A stretch of 64,000 nt of DNA from Lytechinus pictus (GCF_037042905.1 NC_087250.1:15068001-15132000), one strand, 5' to 3'. Shown: positions 22,692-36,780, numbered from the stretch's first letter. Numbers and translations: made by a program. The notes: a model not told the origin generated them from the letters alone.

Positions 22692-23173
22692 GCTTATATC
22701 AACCATTCAGCACTTCCCAAGCAGTAATAATTCCTTCATATACCAATCACAGTTAGCATGTTATCTCAAATGGTATATCTACGGGGAGCCAAGTTTCCCA
22801 AGACTGATTCTGTAACGAAATCAATTATTTTGTAAGTTTATAAAGAGCGTTCGTCACGAAATCACTATTGTTATGATTAGAAGAATTGTAAGAGAAATTA
22901 CATGTATATTCAGTCATGTAGTTATTTTTTCTCTAAGGAAGTTCATTGCATAATAAGAATATTCCAGAATGCCTCGATTAAGCTATGCAAAGTACACATA
23001 TTTAATGAGATAGAGCAATGATTGGTATTTGGGTATTTTGGTATTGGACAAATAGAGACTGCTAGACAAGTTAAACAAACACGAGAACGCTGCCTCATGC
23101 ATTACCATGCACAATCCTCAGTTGTTTTCCACCGGAAAAGTCCGGGTGTCCGAAAACAACCGCCGTTTATGTG

Positions 23174-23347
23174 TGGAGGTGCCGTGGCCGAGTGGTCTAA
23201 GGTGCCTGGCTGTACATGGAAAGTCCGGGGTTCGATCCCCGGCCCCTGTGCAAGGCATTTAATCTACAATGCTCTTTTATCCTGCTTTCAAATAAATGGA
23301 AATGCTTTATGCATTATTGGTAACTAGGTGTGCACTTAAAAAAAAAA
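23174..23347 (+). mobile_element. tRNA-derived SINE
   Basis: GTGGCCGAGTGGTCTAAGG A box, GGTTCGATCCCC B box, poly-A end. Confidence 0.7.
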
Positions 23348-24180
23348 GTTTATTGGATTAAAGTAAATCAGTTTCGAATGTTACCTGTATCTCCTGGGCC
23401 TCTGTCATCATCACATAACCAGAGATCATGTGATGATCTCCTTCCCATATTAAAGAGGGCATGCATTTTGTTTAAATAAACCAACTTGTTGCATTTTCCC
23501 TTTCATTTTGAACTGTTTAGTTTCATATACATTTCCTGTTTTTCAACTGTTATGTAACAACACTTCATTATAATTTTTTTCTAATGGATCTGGAATGCTT
23601 TTTTATTGCTCCTGCATCAAAATCTAGAATATTTTCTGCCATCTACAGATACATTGCTGGGTTATTTCAATATTGTCATGTTTTCATTCCATGCAATATA
23701 CACGTTCCTCTTTTTGAAGCATTTTCACATACTTATAATTGCCCAAAATTATCTATTTATTTGTTACATGTAATGAATATTAATTAAATCATTGTAGGTT
23801 TAATAAGCAATCTATTTCTACATAAATGAGAAATATCATGTGTTAGTGCTCCAAAATGACATAATGTGTCAGAAATATGTGAGGGGCGCAACATTGCGTA
23901 TTATGGCTAATATCTTAAACAATGCGAGTGAGCGATAGAGTGACCTTTTATATATTATGCAAATCTAATATCGTGATCACTTTTGGCATAATATTCAAAG
24001 ATTTATATATTTTATCACCCCTTTTCCTTTTCTTTTATTTCTTTATATCACGTTCGCCTAGCCAAGTAAGGGGACGGTGCCCATCAAGCCCCTCCCCCTT
24101 CCGTACCCCATTTGTGATTGTTAAAGGCCCTGCAGCTCATCTGTTACGTTCATTGCCAATCCCCACGACCATGAATATAT

Positions 24181-24436
24181 GGTCGCGTGGTACAGTGGAT
24201 AGAGCATTGGACTCATAATCGCAAGGTTGTGAGTTCGAATCCAAACTCTGCCATTGTCTCCACTTTGATAAAAAGGCCCAAGAGTGATATCTGTCGTCTA
24301 TAACGTCAGCCACTATGACTGATAAACCTAGACGTAAAATGTTTCATAGGTAATTGGTTACAAACCAGCTTGGCGTTTACCATAAAAAATGCTGTCCTGC
24401 CGAGTTCCTACGGGAGTTACCAGAAACAGAAACAGA
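24181..24436 (+). mobile_element. tRNA-derived SINE
   Basis: GTGGTACAGTGG A box, GAGTTCGAATCC B box, (CAGAAA)n tail. Confidence 0.7.
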
Positions 24437-24807
24437 TATTAATCAGATTTGACCTTCTATTATGTTTGATTTTACAGAAAATTGATACATGAGGGTACTT
24501 AAGCTTTATCTCAGGACTATCAAGCACGTTATCACTTTCCAACAAATCAATTTAGGGCCGCGTAACACAAAGGTTAGCGATTAATCGTACGCTTGATTTT
24601 CACGATTGATTGTACATTGTAGTCAATGCAATCAATCGTATAAAAATGTTCTACGATCATTGCTGAGCTTTGTGTTACAGGCTCCAGATGTGGTGTACGG
24701 TCTTTCAATAATAAAAATTGTATTACTATATTCATTTGATTTATTGATTTCTGTTGTACATGATATAAAGATAACATAACAAAGTCAAATATATTACAAG
24801 ACATAAT

Positions 24808-25119
24808 GGCACGTATTCTGAAGTCGGGTTTAACTTAAACTCAGGTTTAAAGTTGTGGTTTAAGTATGGATAGCCAATTGTTACATAAATCACCAACAGT
24901 AGAGATATCATATTTCAGCTCATTTGGCTCTCAAATCATACATAATTATATAGGAAGTATAAATAGATGATTGTCTTCACCATCGATGAATCGGGAAAGA
25001 GCACAGTAAACATAAGAAACATCACAACTTAATAAAAATTTGGACACTTTTGGCTTCCCATAATTTTGGCACATAGTTAGATCATGGTTTAAGTTAAACC
25101 TGACTTCAGAATACGGGCC
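24808..25119. mobile_element. Harbinger-like MITE family copy 1 of 3
   Basis: GGC(C/A)CGTATTCTGAAGTCGGGTTTAACTTA..TAAGTTAAACCTGACTTCAGAATACGGGCC TIRs. Confidence 0.8.
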
Positions 25120-25304
25120 ATAAAATATGCGCCCTAAAGCAATTGTAATGTGATTGATTGCATGATTAAATCGCAAAGTTAATGGATAAAATTCCATTAA
25201 TCAGCATTAACATTTATTTGGCCGGGTATCCGGTAAATCTATTGAAAATACAGGTCAAATCACAATGGACAACTGAGAGGTTTTGGTCGAAAGTTGGTTG
25301 ACCA

Positions 25305-25578
25305 GGACCTCGTCTTTAATACAAAGAGTTACGATTGATCCAATCAATCGTTACTCTATGGAAATCCATCAGTGTCATAATTTCTTCTACAGGAAATTTG
25401 TAAAATGTCCTTTGTAAACAAAGGAGAACTCACCACATTGTCAAGAAATCAATGAATTTATGGATATACAATCATATCTAGAATTTTTTTGAACAAACAA
25501 GCATTTTATATGTTGACGGGGCTGGCCGTCCATAGTTGCGCTTGATCGGATCAATCTTTACTTTTTGTAAGATCGTCC
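25305..25578. mobile_element. Harbinger-like MITE, related inverted copy at 48994-49267
   Basis: ACAAAGAGTTACGATTGATCC..GGATCAATCTTTACTTTTTGT inverted ends; internal similarity to 48994-49267. Confidence 0.65.
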
Positions 25579-25883
25579 AAAGATTCGGACCGGATGAAAA
25601 ACGGAAATATGTCACTTGTCCAGAGTCCAGAACGACACTGCTGTTTTGATTAACTGATTTTCGACACAAAGTCTGTTTTGTCATTTTGACAATAGATTCT
25701 CTGCGTTCCAGAAGGCGTGTGGGAAAACTTCCTAACGTGATCTATGACCAAAACATAGGACATGATTCTGATATCTCTGTAAGTAGCCTACTCTTTTCTT
25801 TCTCCATTCATTCATACATTTATCATTAAAATCATTTTGAAATTTGTGGGCCTATCATATTCAAGATTGCAAAGTGTGATCAT

Positions 25884-26260
25884 AATATGGTGGGCCATAA
25901 GGGCCAAAATCGATTATTGTGAAAATAAACAAGTATAAAATTAAGCTAAAGAGTCAGAAATTAACATCAAATAACGCAGAAATAAAGACTTTCACAGAAT
26001 TAAATAAAACGTCCGAAATAAAGACAACTACATAATGAAATAAAACTGCAGAAGAATAGACAACTACAGAATTATAAATAAAACTGCAGAAATAACGTCA
26101 ACTTCAGAATTAAAGATTACCGCAGAAATAGTTAGACAACTACAGAATTAAGGATAACTGCAGAAATATAGACAACTACAGAATTAAAAATCAAACTGCA
26201 GAAACATAGACAACTACAGAATTAAAGTCAACTGAAGAAATAAAGACAACCCTAAAAACG
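25884..26260. repeat. Transposon end with ~40-bp internal tandem repeats; inverted copy of the end at 44085-44243
   Basis: AATATGGTGGGCCATAAGGGCCAAAAT.. matches the reverse complement of 44085-44243; repeated AACTGCAGAAATA.AGACAACTACAGAATTA. Confidence 0.65.
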
Positions 26261-26638
26261 TATATAATCACAAAATTGTACAACCACAGAAATGTATATA
26301 ACGACTCAAATCAAGTCTACCTTAAAAAATAGATTGCTCTTAAAATTATCGTCAAACACAGAAACGAAGTCAAACTCAGAAACGACTTCAAATACAAAAA
26401 AAATGAACTAACAACGAGAGGACAAGATCATGTAGTTCATATATTGAACCACAGACTTAAAGTTAACTGCAGAAAATAGTTTGCAAATAGTTTGCAGTTT
26501 GGGGGATTCCAAAAGTTGCAAAGCCATTAGATCATGTAGTTTTGTTTTGAATATTTTGTTTATTTCAATAGTTAGTTTGGAGGCAAATAACAGACCAGTT
26601 AGATTCTGTGCATTTTTTTTATCACGTGAATCTTGAAT

Positions 26639-27817
26639 CAGTGGCGAAACTATGGGGGGGCATGGGGGGGCACGTGCCCCCTCAATCGTCTGGCCAAAAA
26701 AAAAAAAAAAAACGGGGAAAAGGAGAAAAAGAGGGAGAAAGGAAGAGAACGTAGTGGGGAAAAAAGAAATTATGTTCATTATAAATGTTATATCATATTA
26801 TAATTATGTTATATTACATAAGAAGCATTTTTTCATAACTTTATGAAACATTATTTGCTCAGGGCCTATGTCTTTATTGTTCCTGGTGCTCGCATAGACT
26901 GTTTAACGAGATATATAATCCTGTTGTACTAAAACCTCCCGTTTTCAAATCAATATACTGTACACCAAATATATTTCCTCGCAATTCGAGTTATTATTAT
27001 TTCATGTAGTGACATTTGCTTCTTTTTCATGACTACTTAAAGTGATTGCCCGATTTAAGGTCTTAATATAAAACATTTCCTGTCTGTGCTAATGTTCGCA
27101 TTAGTTATTGGTGAGATGTCTGCTCTTCATGAATTCCTAAAATCAATCCTTAAAATGCCCATTTTTCTGATCTCAATATCAAAAATTTTTAGCTCGCGCT
27201 TCGCGCTCGCATCATTTGGTGAGTGAAATACGTACGGTCTTAGTGAATTCCTGCAAACAAGCCTTAGAATGCCCCTCTTCAGGTCTGAATTTCCTAAATT
27301 TTCAGCTCGCGCTTCGCGCTCGCAGTATTTGATTAGTGAGATGCGTATAATAATCATGATTACCATGTCTACAAAAAGTGCTAAATATGTTTAGATGTAA
27401 TTCTAACAAAATCAACAAAGGATGGCACTAGCATTAGATGACTATGCTGAGATATGTATACTCTTAATGAATTCCTAAAATACACAAATTCCGTTTGGGG
27501 TCAATATATACAAAAAATTCAGCTCGTGCTTCGCGCTCGCATTGTTTGTTTAGCGAGGCAGGTACGTATCATGATTACAAAAAATTGGCCTATAATGTCC
27601 CTTTTTAGGTCTGAATATCAAAAATTTTCAGCTCGCGCTTCGCGCTCGCATTAAATCAGTGAGATAAATATCCGTTTAATGGCACTGCATGTCCTTAAAA
27701 TGTCTCTATTAGGTCAGTATACCTGGCAACTGAGCACGCTTCGCGCGCTCCCTAAATGACTCGAAATTTTTGCTGGTGCCCCCCCCCCCCAATGCCGTGA
27801 CCCACGGTACGCCACGG
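26639..27817. mobile_element. hAT-type non-autonomous element with periodic GCTCGCGCTTCGCGCTCGC motifs
   Basis: CAGTGGCG..CGCCACGG termini flanked by an exact 8-bp TSD TCTTGAAT (26631-26638 and 27818-27825). Confidence 0.85.
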
Positions 27818-27869
27818 TCTTGAATCATCATTGTATTCATGATTAAAATTCATCTTTATAATCAGCAGA

Positions 27870-28646
27870 CCTTTCACACGTTCACTCGAAAACTGTGATT
27901 TGAATTCGAATTCCCGAGCGAAGGCGGTATGTGTCCTTGGTGACTTGTCAATCAACGCACTGCATCGATACGATGAGTGCATGACAATTGTATTATCTAT
28001 GGAAGTTCTTGAAAGGAAACGTAGGCTACGCCCCAAAAAATGTTTTGGAGGTCAAGCCTTTCACACGTTAAATTCGTACCGTAATTTGAGTGAAACTGGA
28101 ATTCACTTTCGGAGTAGAATTCGAATTCGTGATTGTGATTAGCGTTCGTGATTCTAGTTTGGTTTCACACGTCCTAAAATTCGTCATTCGACTTATTTTT
28201 CACTGGAATCACAATTCAAATTACAATTTTTTACCGTGTGAAAGGGTGGATAGTTTGATATGAATATACAGGTTTATTGGATTAGCTGCGGCAATGGGCC
28301 TTTTTACACGTGAATATTGAATCATCATTGTAATGATGATTGCAATTCGTCTTTAGAATCATCGGACTTTTAACACGCTCACTCAAAAACTCAGATTTTA
28401 GTGAAACTTAACTGGAATTCACCTCCGGAGTAGAATTTGAATATTCGTGATTGTAATTAGCGTTCGTGATTCTAATCATGTTCTGGTTTGGTTGGCTTGA
28501 AAGGAAACGTAGGTTACGCCCCAAAAATGTTTTGGAGGTCAAGCCTTTCACACGTAAAATTCGTACCGTAATTTAATTGAGTGAAACTGGAATTTTTCAC
28601 TGGAATCATCACTCAAATTACCATTTTTTTAACCGTATCAAAGGGC
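27870..28646. mobile_element. Two adjacent related MITEs (CCTTTCACACG..CGTGTGAAAGG ends)
   Basis: Copies at ~27870-28247 and ~28298-28646 share a ~95-bp block (28009-28103 and 28497-28593). Confidence 0.6.
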
Positions 28647-28721
28647 GGAACATCACTGCGACCATCTTGGTAGCAGCCATAACTCGTTCTGACCTTCTTC
28701 GTAGAGTGGTCACGTGTAATA

Positions 28722-30552
28722 ACAACTCCACATCGTCAGCTGTCTTGGAGCTCACACATAAGATACACAACTCTATTTATAACAAAGAGCATACTCTAGC
28801 AATATTCATTGATCTCTCTAAAGCCCTTGATGTTATTGACCACTCTATTCTGTTAAAAAAACTAGATTACCATGGAATAAGGGGCTTGCCACGCAAATGG
28901 ATCACAGATTATTTAACCGATCGAGAACAAATTACTATATTTAACAAATGTGAGTCAAGCTCCAGGACAGTTAGATATGGAGTGCTCCAGGGTTCAGTCC
29001 TCGGCCCACTCCTTTTTCTGTTATTTATAAATGTTGTACCCCAATGTTCAAATATGCTAAATTTTGTGTTATTTGCTGATGACACGTGTGTCTCTATGTC
29101 TGGTAGTAATGTCGATTTTCTGTTTAGAGATATGAATTCACAGCTTAAAAAGATCAATGAGTGGATGTCAGTCAATAATTTAATTGTGAATACTTCAAAA
29201 ACCAATTATATGTTGTTTAGTCCATGCAGCAATAAGATAGATAACTTGACATTATACTATCATAACTTTGAAATTACTCAACTTCACAATGTAAAATTTC
29301 TAGGTTTTTATTTGGATGACAATTTATCTTGGAACTTTCATATTAAACAGGTCTGTAATAAAATTGCCAAAAAAATTGGGGTAATAGCTAAACTTAATTT
29401 TTTGCCAACTTCAGTTCTAAAAAATGTTATATCATGCTTTTATCACATCTACCATTAACTATGGAGTGATTGTATATGGGGATTTACAACTAAAAGAAAT
29501 ATACAGAAAATTTTTATTTTACGAAAACGAGCAATCTGTCTAATAACTCATTCCGATTACCTCTCTGAAAGTGCACCTCTTTTCAACGAAACAATTACAG
29601 TGTTTACACTTGATCGGCTTTTGGTTCTGAACCAAAAGCCGATGCAGAATCGGCTTTTGGTTTATCTTGCACTGCGTTTACACGCTGTTACAGCTCGCGG
29701 TTTAGAACCGCGAGCCGATGCAAAAACCTGAAATGATACGCACACCAACAATATACGTCAAAATAAAGACAACGCTGGATCCGTGCGCTTACAATTACGT
29801 CACAATGGTAAAGAGAATCGGCTTTCTGTTTACACGTAGTAAAAAAACTGATTCTGCATCGGCTCGCGGTTCTGAACCTACTACTTTGGTGGTGCAAATT
29901 GCCGGTTCTGAACCGCGAGCCGATGCAAGTTAATCGCGTTTACACGCTATGAAAAAGCCGATGCAAAAGCCGATTAAGTGTAAACACGGTAATTATATCT
30001 TATCGATTCAGAATAATTATCATATCATTACAGACCTGTTCATTCAGGTACCAATGTCACAACCATATGTTACCTAAGTCTCTTCAAGATTATTTTAAAA
30101 TGATTAATTTGTATCACTCATATCAAACTAGAAATTGTAACAGTTACCACCCTCCTTTGCCACGTATAACTTTAACTAGACGATCTGTTTTTTTAATTTT
30201 GGACTACTCTTTTGGAACTCATTTCCTAATTCTGTTAAATTATCAAAATCTTTAAATCAATTTAAATGTGCATGTCTCCAAAACAAAACACTTCTAAACA
30301 CGGCTTTCCATTTATTGTAATGCTTTGTTTTCACCCCTCCTTCTTTCTCTTAGACTTATTTGTAATTATGTTATGATTAAATTGCTATTGTTTATTTTAC
30401 TTGTATTAATATGATTTATTCTTACATTGGGGCCAATTTATACAAGCAGTTGTGCTTTCTTTGACCCCTCCACGTGTAATATATCTCTTAATGTCAATGA
30501 TTTGTATATATGTATATTTTTAACTGTGGAAATAAAATTTGAATTTGAATAT
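28722..30552 (+). mobile_element. 5'-truncated, degenerate CR1/L2-group LINE (RT plus 3' end)
   Basis: AIFIDLSKALD..H..L, GVLQGSVLGPLLFLLFIN, FADDT and KFLG..D.NLSW motifs; frameshifted 3' part; AATAAA followed by a (TTTGAA)n tail. Confidence 0.88.
29597..29990. mobile_element. MITE inserted in the LINE
   Basis: ACAGTGTTTACACTTGATCGGCTTTT..AAAAGCCGATTAAGTGTAAACACGGT, flanked by AATT on both sides. Confidence 0.8.
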
Positions 30553-33500
30553 AATCTACGCTTGCAGACCTTTATCAGTTATCACCACATTACAGGGGTG
30601 GATCCAGCCTTCGCCAATAGGGGGGGGGGGGGGGGGGGAGGGCGCCGGATTTTTTTCTTCAGCCATATATATCTTCCCCGATCGGCCGCTCGAAGATTTT
30701 TTGAAGGGGTAGTCCTAATAGTCTCGAAGATTTTTTGAAGGGGTAGTCCTAATAGTAACTTCTTAGCTTTATTCTTATAACTCAATGTAAATATATAATA
30801 TATTAATCTTTATTTATATAATGCGAGCGCGAAGCGCGAGCTAATTTTTGTTGTTGAATTTTTTTTCCCTAAAATTTGAACATTCTGGGCAATGTTTGTT
30901 ATCCTGACAAAGATGTTTATGCAACTAAATAATTACTACGAACGCGAAGCGCGAGCAGAAATGAACTGATGGAAAAGGTACCTATTAAAGACTGCTTGTA
31001 GTTAGCCATGTAGACGTTACATATTTCAACAATCAAATAATGCGAGCTGAAATTTTTTGACATTTTTACCTAAAGACTGGAAATTCTAAGTACTTTTTGT
31101 AACTTAAACAGAATAGGTATATAACTAAACAATTGATGTGAGCGCGAAGCGCGAGCGTAAAATGTCGAGATTTAGACCAACTGAACGAGACACTATATTC
31201 ATGTTTGTAAATCATGACAAGGATGAGTAATTGGGGATCTTTCTTACATTAAAAATGCGAGCGCAAAGTGCGAGCAGAAATTTTTTATATACGTTTTGAA
31301 CTGATCGAAAAGGTACCTGTTAACATGATTAAGGGCTGCTTGCACTTAGCCAATACGTTACATATTTCAATAATCAAATAATGAGAGCGCGATGCGCGAG
31401 CTGAAAATTTTTTGACATTTTTACAAAAAAATGAAAAATTTTTAATCAATTTTTGTCATGTTTGTAATCGTGAAAAATGATAGCTATATAACAAAACAAT
31501 TGATGCGAGCGCAAAGCGCGAGCGGAAAAAAATAAAACGGGACACTCTATTCATGTTTTGTAAATCATGAAAAGGATAAGTAATAGGGAATCTTCCTATA
31601 TCAATAATGCGAGTTCAAAGCGCGAGCAGAACATTTTTGATATTGTGATCTGAAACTGGACGCTCTGTTCCTGGAACGCCGTGTGCGGCGCTCTTCACAT
31701 CTTAAGCTTTTTCGGAACATTTCATATACTTTCGTTACCAGAATCTTTGTCGTCACTAAATAACGCTCGTTTTTAAGTTGGCATTTTTCATTTTTTGGGG
31801 GAAATGCATGGATACAACACTTAATGATTTAACTTACATATCACTGACTTGAAATTAAAAAAGTTGAAACTGATTACAAAGAAAATACGGTTTATTTATT
31901 ATATGTCACGTGATTGATGACGTTTTCTTACCCATGTACCATAATACGTTCGGGGGAGCCACTTCCTTTCAGAGATGCACAACATGATTATCCAAGAAAA
32001 CTCGTAAAGCCGGTTTAAGTTTCATCGTCGGGCGATATCTGTGCGTACAAAAGAATGGGTATCAATAGCAACTAATTTATCATTCTTTATTTTCAATGAA
32101 TACTCAGGTGTTGTTGTTTTTAGTAGGTTTTATCATAGTGTAAACAACGTCCCCCGGGTACAGAGGTTTTGTTGCTCTCGGGTACTTTCCGATTTGAGAA
32201 TTATCTTGTTCGTTTTGATCATCGTACACGTTTTTTATTCGGAAATATTCGGAAAAGAAAACGCAGCGATATTTAGTGCATCACATACGGTATGTGCACA
32301 CGTACGTACTTACACTGCATATCGCATATGTGGGCCATCATTGACATTGTTCGCCGTATTATTCAGGGTGATGGGTAAGTGAAACTTATGGTCGTGTGAC
32401 CTTACTTCGCGCGTGACCATATTTCGTGGAAGGTTGTATATCTCAGGAAGTACTTAATATCGTTAAAATCTGATATCACTACCAGAAAAAGCGGTCAAAA
32501 CTATCCTGTAGTGAAAGCTTCTAGTTGATAAGATTGGAATGTGTTTAAGCTAGGGCTAGGCGATTGGGCAGGCGCGCGCACCTGCCTCGGCCGCGCCGAT
32601 CCTCGCCCATGCGCCCACCGCTAACTTAGCACTTAGCAGGCAGGGTAGGACTTCGGACACATCCACACATAAACATCTCCAACTAAAGGGAGTACACTAA
32701 CTACCCCAACTTTCACTTCCAATCTAAAAAAAACACAAGGTGAGAGGATGTATTCCCTGTATGGGCAATGCATCCTCTCACCACCCAAATTTTTTTATCA
32801 TGAACAACTGTCCTTTTTCCGGCCAAACGTTCTCTGCTCTTTAATTAATGATTAACATGGGCAGTGAAACCTGATCTTATCCTCAGCATCCTAACATAGC
32901 TTCAAACCACTACCTCTCTCTAAAAAACGCCCATTATCAACCACAATACAATCCATGATATAAGAACAATTTGAACACAAAACAAAACCAAAAAGCCTGT
33001 GTATCCTTTGACATCTTGTATGATTGATCAGATATCCACGCATAAAGGATTTGGACATGTTCAAAACCATCACCCCCACCCCATGTGCGCCACAAATTCT
33101 ACACCCTATACATACTATAATAGCCCCCTTTCAGCTCACCAAACGCAACATATGTTATTCATATCTGGTTCCAAAATACACTGGATAATGATTTAAATAG
33201 AGAAAAGTTGAGTAGCTTAATAAACATATTTAGACCTAGTCTAGGCATTTCAAATTCATCTTTTATCATGAAAATCAAAGCGAGCGCGAGCTTAAACTAT
33301 ATTTGATATTCCGATCTGAAAAAGAGTCAATTTCAGCTCAATATTTCAAGCACTTTGTAGGAAAATTGTGAGGTGGATATGGATCGTAATTAATGAAAAA
33401 ACTGATGTTTTTCATTACTATTAGTTTGAGTTTTGATATAGGACCGACCGGGACATGTCATCATATGCAAATTATCTTATTTATTAATGCCTAATGATCG

Positions 33501-34193
33501 AGGGCGCAAAATCTGATGATATTATGGCCTGAAAACTGGACATTCCAAGCAACTTTGTAATTGTGAATAAGATGCATCAGTAAATATATTTTAACCATTA
33601 ATGCGAGCGCAAATTGCGAGCCAAAATTGTTGATAAACTGTCATGAAAAGAGGATTTTAAGTAATCAATATCGAGACATACATAACTCTCCATTCAAAAT
33701 GCGAGCGTGACAATCAGACCTGAAAAGGGATATTTTGAAAACTTTATGGAATACACGAAAATGATAGGTACCTGATAAATTATGAAAATACTTACTTGAT
33801 TTTCTGATTTACGAGATAACTGATACATCTACTTGATTTATGCTAGTTCAGCCCTTGAAAAAGCCATACCCGAATAGTACTCCCAAAGATTTTTGCGCGA
33901 TAGCGCCATCTCCCGTTAGTGCTTACTACCCATAGAACATCGCATGATGTGCGACCATCTTCCTCGTACTGCAACCCTATACGTTGAAACATGTTGCTAC
34001 GCAAGGCGGAGGGTTGGTGGGTGGGGATCAAGTAGATGTATCAGTTATCTCGTAAATCAGAAAATCAAGTAATTATTTTCATGATTTACTTCAATAACTG
34101 CATACATCTACTTGATTTATGCTAGATCAAAACGGAATCACCCGTGGGGAGGCATGTTTTCAAAAGGTAAGCACAATAAAAAATTAAAATAAT

Positions 34194-35230
34194 TTAGGGA
34201 GATGAAGATACAGCCGTCGCTGCTTTTAGCGCTGAAGAGGCAAACCTTTCCTCGCTGGACGGGATGTCCTTCAAATAAAAAGCTGTAAAAGAATTGGCAG
34301 AGCGCCAAAAGGTGGCTCTCAAGATGTCTTTGACTGGGATCCCTTGGAAGAGGGCCCACGAAGTACTAATACTTCTCGTATCATGGGCCTTTGGCCTGGC
34401 TGTATCTGCAAGCAACGCGTCCGCTGAGCTGATAGCTTCAACGATCCATCTAGAGATTGTATCGCGAGACGCTGCAGAAAACAGCTCGCGAGAAATTACA
34501 AACAACTGATCTGATTTCCTGATCGACTTTGTAAGGTCGATATACCACTTTAACGCTCTCACGGGACACCACAATATTTATCCTCAAGAACAGAGGAAAA
34601 ATTTGACAATTGTGCAAGGAAGACTTCGACTGAACCAGAAGACATCGTCTGATTCTTGGCAATAAAAGAGGAGGTCGGAATTAACCTAACACCCCGCCTT
34701 TCCCAACGAAAATGTCCCAGAGAAATACATAGAGCGTGAATAGAACTCTGCCTCTGCCCCGAGGCGATAGCTATTAAAAACGCCGTCTTAATAGCTAAAT
34801 TATGGAGAGAAGCCTCCGCTAGAGGCTCAAACGGTGGCTTCGCAAGGGCCCTAAGAACCGCAGACAAGCTCCACGATGGAGATAATGATTTGACTGGCGG
34901 ACGCTTCAAAAAGGACTTCAGTCAACTCGAAATGACTGACGAGTTGGATACCGAAGAACCGTCCGAGAAACCGCGATGCGTCGCCGCAATCGCGGACCGA
35001 TAACCTCTGATAGTTGCAATCGCTTTGCCTTTATCAAAAAGGCCAACGAGAAACTCTGCAACCGACGCAACCGAAGCAGTGCGAGGATTGAGTGAGCGTT
35101 GGTTGCACCACTAAAAAAACCCACCAAGTCTGGAGTTGTATAAACCCAGCGTAGAGCTTCGCCTGCTTTCCGAAACAAACTTAGCTGCCCGAACGGAAAG
35201 GCCTAGGGCCCGAGCATCCTCCCCGAGAGC
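34194..35230 (-). pseudogene. DIRS tyrosine recombinase, frameshifted
   Basis: SRRSSTL..Y N-terminus, KTAFLIAIASGQR (catalytic R), CPVRAL, AHDTRS (HxxR), FW.S..SF..FY (catalytic Y) across three frames. Confidence 0.88.
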
Positions 35231-36780
35231 GACCATGCAGTCAAGTGAAGTGACTCCGGCCTCGGATGCATGATCCCCGAGAGGGGTTGAGAAACTAAGG
35301 TCCACGTCACTGGAAGAGTGAGAGGATCGCCCCTCACTAGCGCAAGTAGTTGAGGGAACCACGACCTTCTTGGCCACCTGGGAGCTATCAGTAGCACCCA
35401 AGCCCGTCTGCTTTGATTTTGCGGAGAACCTGCAGAATCAGTGCTAAGGGAGGGAACACATAACACCTTCGATGCCCCCACTGAAGAAAGAATGCATCGA
35501 GATGAGCTGCCTCTTTCTCATCTACGCGAGAACAAAACACCGGGAGCTTCCGGTTTGAAGACCTCCGGATTAAGTGAACACTCGAAGGGTAGGCAGCGCC
35601 CCCGAGATAGAAAGTCGGCAATCAGATTGTCCCAGCCTGGAATGTAAGAGGCAATTGGAACAATCTTCACGGCACAGCACCACCTCCAGAGATCTGCGGC
35701 CATCGCATCGAGAGTGGAGGACCGCGTGCCCCCTTGCTTGTTGATATATGCCGCCACGGATCTGTTGTCCGTGCAGACAAGCACCGACCGCCCGATCAGC
35801 CTGGGCTGGAAGTGGCGGAGTGAGTTGGACACCGCTTGCATCTCCAACACATTGATGTGAGGGAGAGCGCACTGATAAATCAAAACTCCTGACACCATCT
35901 CCCCCTCGCAGTGACCGCCCCAACCTGAGAGGGAGGCATCGGTGGTCACAGAGGCAGACGGGAGCGGTGTCCGTAGTGGCTTGCCTGGAGCCACAAACGC
36001 TGGGCAAGTCCAGACAGCTAAGCTGCGACGGATAGGCAGCGGAAGAGGAATCCGTAAATGCAGCGGGTCTACTCCGGGCCTGTAGTGTCGGAGGAGATGC
36101 CTCTGGAAAGGCGTCATGTACAGCCGACAGCCTTGCATTGACCCAGGAGCTGAAGCCAGACACGGGCCTTCACGTGACTGCGCCCCCGGAGAGAGCGGGC
36201 GAGAGACGTGATTGGCCGCACCCTGTCCGGACTGGGCTGCGCGAGCTGGTTCGGGATGTCTATTACCGCACCGAGATAAGTGGGAACGCGGGAGGGAGTG
36301 AGCTCCGACTTCTCCCCATTGACAATGAACCCCAGCTCCTGAGTCACCCGTAGAAGAAAGGCGAGATATGATCGCAACTTCGCTTCCGAGTCTGCGATAA
36401 GAAGCCAGTCATCTAAGTAGACGAAGAGCTGCAGGCCTTGGCTTCTTAAATGGGCCGCTACAGCGGTGACCACACAAGTGAACACCCTGGGTGCCGGTCG
36501 CAGCCCGAATGGGAGGGCCCGATAACGATATGTTACGCCGTCGAACCGAAAGCCCAGTAGGTCCCGCGATGCGGGGCGGATGGGTATGTGGAAGTACGCG
36601 TCGCGTAAATCCAACGAGACGGCAAGATCCGATGTCTCCAGTGATGGGAGGATCGTGGCCAGCGTTTCCATCCGGAAATGCTCGGCCGGAATGAAGGTGT
36701 TAATCACCTTCATATTGAGAATCATTCTCAATTTGCCCGAGCGCTTGGGAATCACAAAGATTGGGGTTGTCTGTCACCCT
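35203..36780 (-). pseudogene. DIRS pol: reverse transcriptase, RNase H and methyltransferase-like domain, split by frameshifts
   Basis: LDLRDAYFHIPI, LPFGL, YLDDWL (RT); TDASLSGWGG, HINVLEM, TDN, N.IADFLSR (RNase H); DAF..W..YVFPP, LLIAPRWPRRSWF (MT). Confidence 0.9.

Noticed and set aside
28577..28720. N-terminal part of the 293-aa ORF as LINE protein
   Set aside because: It derives from the adjacent MITE and flank; RT similarity starts only near 28722.
30823..31630. Conserved 19-bp motif with variable spacers as a CRISPR-like array
   Set aside because: Spacers are ~100 bp, related to each other and irregular, and lie inside a TIR element.
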